DNA of 20,722 bases from Vermamoeba vermiformis (Eukaryota), in NCBI GenBank assembly GCA_045837725.1, contig JBEWZL010000251.1, positions 62,001 to 82,722 of the forward strand, in the 5' to 3' direction. The notes beneath the pieces are model-generated. The model was not told where the DNA came from. It worked only from the letters and a program-made list of their open reading frames with translations, and did no database searches. Of the stretch, positions 10,981-19,151 are shown one piece after another (position 1 is the stretch's first letter; every line of letters begins with the position of its first letter). The position numbers and the translations under genes are program-made.

Positions 10981-13900
10981 ATGGAAAAAGAAAAGGTAAC
11001 ACAGATTTGAAGCGACATAACGACCGACAATCCGTTGCCGTTTTTTTGACATCACGAGTTATCATTTTACGTTTAGGCATTAATTACCATTTATTTTTTA
11101 CTTACACGTTTGGAGGAGTGTTTGACAAATTGAGATCTAAATTGGAACGTAATTATTTAAAATTACACAGCCCTTATTTTAGCGTGCTTACTGCATAGAT
11201 TATTGTAAAAATATCCAAATAACGTGAAATATTTTTAGGTGCTTTTTATCCTTCGTGGTGTGTCTGGATCCGGCAAGTCAACTCTTGCTCGCGAATTGGC
11301 CGGAGAAAATGGCGTAGTATTGAGTACAGACGATTTTTTCATCAATCCAACTACTGGTGGATATGATTATAATACTCAAGCACTTCCCAAAGCCCACTAT
11401 TGGAACCAAATCCGAACTAAAATGGCAATGCAAAAATTAACAAGCCCTGTAGTCATTGATAATATGAATTTGACTGCATGGGATGCTCGACCATATATTA
11501 TACTAGCATACGAATATGACTACACACCTAAAATAGTTGAACCGCAAACGCCTTGGCGGATGGATCCCGAAGAACTTGCCAAAAAATCGAGTCACGTGAC
11601 GAATGCAAATGCAATTAAACAAATGCTAGGCAAGATGGAAGATTATAGTGTTGATGACGCTATTAAATCTAGCGCACCTGTTGGTCACGTGGAGTTAGAC
11701 GACCGTGACAAAAAACGTGTCGAACAGCGACTTGTGACCGCTGAAGAAGAGAATCAAGATAAGAATATTAAGAACAATACTAACATGAAGACTGACGGTG
11801 CCGCTCACATCAAATCTAGTGGCTCATTGTTGGTTCAAGTCACCAAGAACGACGGCCAAAAACAGACTTTCAAGCCGGTCATCATCAAAAGTTCGGACTG
11901 GACTGCATTTTTGAAAGCAGCTTGCAACAAAATTAACGCAAAGTATACGCCGAAAGCACGTGTATTCACCGTCCGCGGCGAAGAAATTTCAAAAGTTGAA
12001 GATCTCGAACCGAACATCCAGCTAGTCGTTTCAGAGAAAGGTCTGGATTTTATTCCCATGGCGTTGAAAATGACCGCAGCAGAGCGACGAGAGGCAAAGA
12101 TGAAAAAAGCATTGGAACAAACGAATGAAATGTTGCACGCTATTTCAGTGAATGATAATAGTGACAATAAGAGCTATCAAGCCAAGCATAAAAACAACTC
12201 GCGTGGCTGGGAGAAGTTGCCGCTCGGAATTTCGGAGATTTTGGATGGATTTCTATATTTGGGCAATGTCCGTGATGCGCACTCGGAAGAACAGTTGCAA
12301 CAGTTTGACATCAGTCACATTCTCAACATGTCAAATGACGCGTCAAATTCAAGCTTTGATTTTATCACTTACAAAAGAATTCCCATCGCCGACGATGAAT
12401 TTCAAAATGTCACATCAGTGCTGGATCTTTGCATAGATTTTATCGATTCAGTGAAAGCCGCCAACGGTCGAGTACTCGTTCATTGCACAAAAGGCAAGAG
12501 CAGAAGTGCAACAGTGATCATGGCGTATTTATTGAAGAGTTACAAATTGACCTTGAAAGAAGCGTACCGATTGGTCAAATCGAAGCGCGATGAAGTTAGG
12601 CCCAATTCGAACTTCGTCAGACAATTAATGCAAGTCGAAAAACAAATCAACGGTATTGGTAAGACATTTAAAACATGATAATATATAAGTACTATATTAC
12701 AACTTTTTTTACGAAATTAGTTTCGATTTGGATCTGGATCACTTTTTCTAATTTCTTTTTTTGGCAATAGTGACACTGGATTGGGTGGACATCGAATCAG
12801 AGTACAAGTCAATTTTGGATTGGCTGCAGAAGAATTCAGTGCCCAACAAACAGCCAACACATTTCTGGTGGGAAGTGTTGTCCAAGTCCAAGTACCACAT
12901 CCCGCAAGAAAAATTAGACGAATTATTCGCGGAATTTGCAAGGTCAGCCGTGGTTAGAAAAGAGCCGTTGAAATTGGTGGAGCTGCGTGGACCTCAAACG
13001 TTCAAGTTGCATCTGGATCTCGACGTTAAAATGGAAGAAAATTCGTGGAAAGAAATGGAGATTTTGGAAGCGTTCTTGCCCGAGATTATGAATGCGGTCA
13101 ACACGAAATTTCCTAATATGGAAAGTTCATTCGTTTGCAGTGGACTTGTCGGACCATTTTACACATTAAGTAACCCCGACGTCAATTACAAGTATGGATA
13201 TCATTTGGTTTGGCCAAATATAGTAATCAACGAGCAACAGCTCGCAGAATTTTTGCAAAGTTTAGCGAAGACCTTTGCGGCTATGCAAGAAACAAAAGAA
13301 TACCCCGAAAACTTCCCAATGGACGCCATAACAGCGAACAACACGTGGGAAGAGATATTTGATTACAGTTTGATTGAAAATGATAGCGGCATCAGAATGT
13401 TAGGCTCGCAAAAAGTATTTTCGTGCAAAGTTTGTCAGAAGAACGACGAGGCCAAGAAAAAAGCGAAAAATAACAAGGCTTCAAAGGTAGCCAACGAACC
13501 TTGCAAATTTTGCAATGATACTGGCATGTTGGATCCTAGGTACCTATATCATTTAATTTTATTACTCCGGATCTGACATTTTATTGAACAAGGGTCCACA
13601 AGTTCATGGGAGTCTACGATGCAAATGGCAAACTCAATGAAACCAAAACGAAACAATTGCTTGCTGCCGATGATATGAATGCCTTAGTAGAGAAATTATC
13701 GTTGTTGTCTATTCTCGATCGAACCGTGGATCTGACGCGTAAGAGCACTTTGCGTACAAAAAATTTTCCTATGACAACGATCAAATACGATGAAATTTTA
13801 TGCTCTGATAGTAGTTGTCGGGGGAACAATGTATTAATCATTTATATGGTATTGTAGCGAAGCCCAAGGCAGCCAAAAAGAAGCAAAGTGACGTCTTGGA

Positions 13901-15104
13901 AACGCAGTTATTTTTGCGAAGTGAAGGCGAAGAAGAGCTCAAAAACAAGTTCAAACTCAAAGTCTCGAGGCATCAAGAACACACCAACTTGCTGCAATTC
14001 TCTTACGGAAAAACTAGCGTAGATTTCGCTCACCCAATCGTGCAAGAATGTCGTGGACTAATTTTAGACGCGCGAAATAATTGGAGCGTTGTCGCGTTCC
14101 CGTACACCAAGTTTTTTAATTGGGGCGAGGCACTTGGCACGGACATAGATTGGAACACTGCGTCAGTCACGGAAAAAATTGACGGAAGTTTGGCGATTAT
14201 GTACTGGTACAAGGACAAGTGGCACGTGGCTTCCAGCGCGACAGCAGACGGAGCAGCAGTTCTCGGAAAAGATTTAATCTTTGCAGATCTTTTCTGGGAG
14301 ATTTGGAACAAGAACGAGTACAAATTGCCCGAAGAAACTCATTGCACATTTATGTTCGAAATATTTTCAGCGCGGTGCCCCGTCGTAGTCAAAACTGATC
14401 GAGAGTCCATCATTTTGCACGGAGTTCGCGACAACAAAACTTTCGGAGAATTAGAGCCAAAGCCTATTGCGGAGAAATACTCCTGGGAATGCGCCCAGGC
14501 ATTTGAATTTTCATCTTTGCAACAAGTCTTGGAGGCTTCAAAGCGATTAAATCCAGCGCAACAAGAGGGCTTTGTGGTGCGAGACAGCGAATTTAATCGC
14601 ATCAAAGTGAAATCTCCGCAATACGTGGCACTCGCGCATTTAAATTTCAGCGGCAGCATCAGTCTTAATGCGCGACACATGCTGCAGATTGTCGTCAAGA
14701 ACGAAGGATCGGAGTTTTTAGTGCACTTTCCTCATTTCAAGCAGTTATATCAATTAGTTCAAACAGCGCTGAATAATTTAATCAACAAATTGGATCGAGC
14801 ATTGGATCCGAACAACGAAAACGAGAATGACGAGGTGAATTCAATGGCATTTGATAGACTATTAAATGAGATGAAGCAGCGACAAGTCGAAGATGTCAGA
14901 GAGTTTTTGTCAGAGTATGAAGATCTCGATCTGATTTTTGGATTATTGGATATTGGTTTAGAAGCGAATTCAGACGATGAGAATAAGCACTCGCATTATA
15001 TCAAGCCCTCACAGAATGCGGTAAAAGGCCAAAAAATCTCGAAGAAGGAGAAGACACAGCTGAAACGAGACAGGCAAAGAAAAGGCGCGAATAAATTTGA
15101 ATAG
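10981..15104 (+). CDS. About 1198-aa multidomain nucleic-acid repair protein: P-loop polynucleotide kinase-like + DCX/Ubl-like + dual-specificity phosphatase + AEP primase/polymerase-like + T4 Rnl1-type RNA ligase
   Basis: Exons 10981-10995, 11239-12658, 12771-13539, 13593-13738 and 13858-15104 total 3597 nt. All introns are GT-AG and phase-compatible. Motifs: GVSGSGKST, LSTDDFF and VVIDNMN (kinase); VHCTKGKSRS (DSP); LHLDLD, GYHLVWP and IFD..GIRMLGSQK (AEP); ECRGLI, KFFNWGE, EKIDGS, EGFVV and RIKVK (Rnl1). Confidence 0.85.
11239..11670 (+). other. Domain: N4BP2-like / AAA_33 P-loop (polynucleotide) kinase
   Basis: LFILRGVSGSGKSTLARELAG...VLSTDDFF...AHYWNQ...SPVVIDNMNLTAWDARPY...IVEPQTPW..DPEELAKK matches the N4BP2/N4BP2L-type kinase pattern. 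Confidence 0.88.
12229..12650 (+). other. Domain: dual-specificity (Cys-based) phosphatase
   Basis: ISEILDGFLYLGN...ISHILN...IPIADD...RVLVHCTKGKSRSATVIMAYLL...VKSKRDEVRPNSNFVRQL. The CX5R motif lies within 12481-12507. Confidence 0.95.
12771..13738 (+). other. Domain: archaeo-eukaryotic primase (PrimPol / NCLDV-type AEP)-like with CxxC...CxxC insert
   Basis: Motif I FKLHLDLD, motif II GYHLVWPN and motif III WEEIFD...GIRMLGSQK, followed by CKVC...CKFC. Confidence 0.75.
13890..14800 (+). other. Domain: T4 RNA ligase 1-like ATP-dependent nucleotidyltransferase
   Basis: Motif I KIDGS (14175-14189), FMFEI, motif IV EGFVV (14565-14579) and motif V RIKVK. The Rnl1-type N-terminal ECRGLILD and KFFN motifs are also present. 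Confidence 0.92.
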
Positions 15105-15291
15105 TTGGTTGACATTCAATCAGACTATTATTTTGTAATGCATTCTGTTTTGATACTAGAACCATTACCGTGTTGTTGATTAGTATCAAAGCACTGACTA
15201 ACATGCGTTGTTTTGTTCAATTACAGGGCGTCAGATTTTGTAATTTCCATGGATGATTATGGTACAATTGGAAATTTATTATTGTCTTGTT

Positions 15292-16160
15292 CTAATCTTT
15301 TTTGTTACTTTTCATTTGTTTTAATTTCTCGACGACCTCATCGTACGTCACAAAGAAGTTGTTGTAGATCCATTTGCGGGCTGCCTCGCACGTCAGTTCT
15401 TTCGACATGCAGTGCATATGCAAATGATAGACTTCGTATATAAAAGTTAGTATTAATAAACCGCATAAAATAGTCTTATTAAGGTACCTGTATTGAACGG
15501 TGGCATTACAAAGCCGAATCTGAAAACGATGTTAGAACTGACACCATGATAGGAAGATTATATTATCGTGAATATAGATATTATATTATACGCAATGATT
15601 TTAATAATTTTTTAGCGGCATTGCGTTTGCCTGAACGGATCTACTGACCAAAAAATTGGTACTTACTGACATGTATTTTCTTCGATGTTATTCTCGGCTA
15701 AGACTGTTCTAAATCCAGCCATCATATCATTTACTAAATAAGGTCATTATTATCGTTGCTATTGAGCGATGATAAAACTTACGTAAAGGCAGATCCTCTG
15801 GTGTTAGTGCGTGCACGTCGCGAATAGACTTCTTAGGCAGTGCTAAATAATGATGGAGAGCTGCAGGATATTCATCTTTTATAATTACGTAATTATCTTG
15901 CTGTGAAAATTAATTATTAAATTTTTATTATTGAATTATCTGATTTTAAAATTCATGTAGGCTTATGAACTAACGATTTTTTGTGACAATTAATATTAAA
16001 TTAATCAAACCTTCAAGGCGTACTGCGCTTGCTCATCCTGTTCAAGTGCAATCCGTAAAAATTGTTGGGCCAATTTGGTACCTTTAGCATTTTTAGCTGA
16101 AATTATGGTACCTATTACTGCTGATATTACACCAAGGACTATTAATATTGTTGTGAACAT
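15292..16160 (-). CDS. HINT3-like histidine-triad (HIT) nucleotide hydrolase, 168 aa, with N-terminal hydrophobic segment
   Basis: Exons 16160-16011, 15900-15783, 15733-15667, 15519-15488 and 15431-15292 total 507 nt, with GT-AG introns. Product MFTTILIVLGVISAVIGTIISAK...YVIIKDEYPAALHHYLALPKKSIRDV...QFGFVMPPFNTVYHLHMHCMS...FFVTYDEVVEKLK carries the HxHxH triad. Not represented in the ORF track. Confidence 0.88.
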
Positions 16161-16284
16161 TATTTGTGTTTGTGTTCTTCTTTGCCGTTAAAAAAAATGA
16201 TTAATTTATTTTTCTGACGCACGCGCAGGAGCGACATAATTCACTGCCTATTGTACAATTATAGTCGTGTATTGTATTATAGAT

Positions 16285-17025
16285 ATGAGTAGGCTACGCA
16301 GAGATTCAAGTTTTGTTTCAGAACAAGAGTTAGATCTAGAGGCATCAGCCTCGTTGCTTAAAAGATCGACTGGACGTAGAACTATTAAGAAAATAATACA
16401 AGAATACGGATATAAACGATTAGCGATTGATATACTGATTTTTTGTGCTAAACTCGCTGTGTTAATTGGATTAGCCAAACTGATCAGCTACGGTAAGCGA
16501 TAAATATTAATTTTAAAATATTGTATATATTTTTTCGTAATTAATCAAGCATTTTACAGTGTTTATGTTGAAGTATTGCGATTTCATATTCAGATGCGGT
16601 TGCACGTGGGCTTGGGCAGGAGCTGCCTCAAAATGTAACATACATAATCCCGATGGTAAGTAATTTTGATTATAGGTCGACTAATATGGACATCGCTGGA
16701 GGGGATCCGCGTCAAAATGTCATTTTTATTATGCTTTTGTTAACTTATTTTTATGCGGATCTGGCAAATTAAACTAAATAATTTTTAATTAGGCCCTCAT
16801 TGTCCATGGTGCGCAGCTTCATTTCCAGCGACTTTAGCTATCGGACCGTTAACTCAAGCCTCGTTAATTATCTCTTACTTCCTGTTCGAGTGGTTCAAGT
16901 GGCCGCACTTTAGACGTGTTTGGCTCAAATTATTGTTGGCTATTGCGTCATTTTTTGGCGTAGGATTAATTAGCGCGCTAATATTCAAATTGGCGACCAA
17001 TTATCCTTACTTCCTTGTACAGTAA
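16285..17025 (+). CDS. Small multi-pass membrane protein with Cys/His-rich loop, paralogue A
   Basis: Exons 16285-16492, 16560-16655 and 16793-17025. Product has a TM segment, then YCDFIFRCGCTWAWAGAASKCNIHNPDGPHCPWC, then two hydrophobic segments, ending YPYFLVQ*. Exon structure is the same as the neighbouring paralogue. Confidence 0.85.
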
Positions 17026-17220
17026 ATTTATTTTAAAGCGGTACCTGCAATAATATTATAGTATTTATTCATATTGTGTTACTTTTAGCAAAAAATTTTA
17101 TACTCTGGTGTCGCGGCAGTTAAGTCAAGATCCAATTAAGCCACGACTCTTGATAAAACAGTTAAAAATTGCCGTTATACAGAATATTCTTATATGCCCG
17201 TATTGGCACTATAATAAACG

Positions 17221-17921
17221 ATGTCTGGGAGGATCAAAGACGGATCTATCTACTACAGATCCCAAGAAATGGATCTCGAAGCCAAACCATTTCTCAGTCA
17301 GACAACTACACATCGGACATTAAAAGAACGGTTCAAAGCATATGGATACAAAAGAATAGCGTTAGACGCGCTAATATTCGTGATTAAGTTAGGCGTTTTA
17401 ATTGGGTTAGCTGAGCTGATCGCTTATGGTCAGTACAAAAATTAGAAAAATATTCCTAATTATTATTTCAAGACTAATACTAATAATCTATAGTATTTAT
17501 GACGAAATACTGCGGTTTTCTTTTCAGATGTGGGTGTACGTGGAGTTTTGCCGGTGGATCCTCGAAATGCAACATTCACAATCCCCATGGTATGTCCGCG
17601 ACATTGATATCGCCAATGATAATAATAATATTAGTAAATCATTTGTACTATTTTCGAGGTCAGATCCGATCTCACATTTCTAAAAAAGGTCCGCATTGCC
17701 CGTGGTGCGCCGCGAAATTTCCTGCAACTCTCGCAATCGCTCCTTTAGCCAAAGCGACGCTAATAGTGACGTACTTTCTGTTTGAATGGTTCAAATGGCC
17801 GCATTTCAGGCGGATTTGGCTTAAACTACTGATTAGCATCGCTTCGTTTTTTATTTATGGATTCTTTAGCGCTGCAATATTTAAAATTGCAACGGGTTAT
17901 CCTTACTTTCTTGTAGATTAG
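17221..17921 (+). CDS. Small multi-pass membrane protein with Cys/His-rich loop, paralogue B
   Basis: Exons 17221-17428, 17494-17589 and 17689-17921. Product contains YCGFLFRCGCTWSFAGGSSKCNIHNPHGPHCPWC...YFLFEWFKWPHFRRIWLKLL...YPYFLVD*. It is a tandem duplicate of 16285-17025. Confidence 0.85.
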
Positions 17922-17941
17922 GAAGCTCTAATTAAAGTTTA

Positions 17942-18846
17942 TTACAGATCATGGGTGGTCAGGTAGTCAATTATTTCAACTCGATTTAAATCCCTTGCGC
18001 TCGACCAAATCTTTTTTAAAGAGAATCCAGCTTCGTGAAAGAACTTAATACAATCCAAATTATTCGCTGCAACTGCGATGTTTATACAGCCAGGATTATG
18101 TGGACCTAAAGAATTAGCGCTGTTAGGGACCAACTTTGAATGGTAATTGTCACTTACAGCCGTTTTTATGCAAGTATTTGAGCATGTCTATGTTTCCTAC
18201 TTGGACAGCAATATCGAATGTTAAGGGAGACCAAGGACACCCTTGGTCGCGTGCGTAGTTCAAGCACGCAAAAGATCCGGATCGAACCGCGCTGTCGCAA
18301 ATTTGGGAATTATTCCACGGTGCTTTCTTTTCATGCAAATACTTTAAACATTCTAATTGTCCCCTAATAAGTAGAATCATAAGTTAATTGGGTTGCATAA
18401 TAAGTTTAGACAGATCTTAAAAGAAATAAATTGAATTATACTTTCGCCTGAACAATTAAATGGATCATATTCATAATTAGCATAACTTACCCTAACGCAG
18501 CATAACTACAACAAGTCTTGCTCCAAAAGCAGCCGAGTTCATAAAAATACTTCAAAACTGAAATACTGCCAGCATAGGCGTGCCAGTCTATCAGCCTATC
18601 AATAGGCACTGTGTATATATCGTTGACTTCGGAATATTCGTCGATAACTTCGCGGTAAAAGCGAGAGACCAAACGAAACAGAGGAATCACCATTTGATTA
18701 TTCGTTCCCAAATAGTCCAATATTTGCCATAATATTTCTGCTGGTAAAGGATGCTCGATATAATCATCTCCTAATTTAATAATTAATTTTATTATTTACA
18801 AGCGCTGGATGTGAAATTTAATGTCAAAAATATCCTTACGTTCCAT
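17942..18846 (-). CDS. F-box-like + ankyrin-repeat protein (4 exons)
   Basis: MERDDYIEHPLPAEILWQILDYL...FRLVSRFYREVI is F-box-like. It is followed by the repeats GSISVLKYFYELGCFW, GQLECLKYLHEKKAPW, GSFACLNYARDQGCPW, GNIDMLKYLHKNGC and NNLDCIKFFHEAG. Confidence 0.85.
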
Positions 18847-19151
18847 CGGATTGATAAGGCGGTGTAATAAACGCAATATTATCTATTCGCTTGAGCTGTG
18901 GTCATAGCATAGTTATTTGAGCTGTTGTTATCAGCTTTGACGTTCGCAAAATTTTAGTTTTGAGCCGAAACAGTTTTTATTTGAAGCGGGCCAACAAGCG
19001 TTCAAAACAGCTTGCCTTGGCTACTTGTATATAAAGCAGGTATACCTCAGCGGTTCACATTAATAAATGCAGTAATATTACTTCGGTTTGACAGCCAGTT
19101 CACATGCACATTAAAATTACTTCCCTGACAGGAGCTCCTCCATAAATCAAT

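Noticed and set aside
11835-14698. Antisense and alternate-frame ORFs (11835-12167, 12152-12436, 12717-12941, 13614-13841, 14030-14323, 14339-14698)
   Set aside because: They are shadows of the real coding exons and carry no recognisable motifs.
11239-15104. Reading ORFs 11239, 12761, 13606 and 13815 as a prokaryote-style operon or frameshifted pseudogene
   Set aside because: The gaps are AT-rich, bounded by GT...AG with branch-like CTAAT/CTGAC in two cases, and splice precisely in frame. Several track starts are GTG/TTG artefacts.
15213-15443. Plus-strand 76-aa ORF
   Set aside because: It is antisense to the last exon of the HIT gene, which carries the HxHxH motif.
10981-18846. Endogenous giant-virus or mobile element insertion
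   Set aside because: No capsid, integrase, transposase or terminal repeats were seen. The genes have host-like introns and composition.
19028-19035. TATATAAA as promoter of the MYRF-like gene
   Set aside because: Plausible, but such words are common in AT-rich intergenic DNA and cannot be supported without TSS data.
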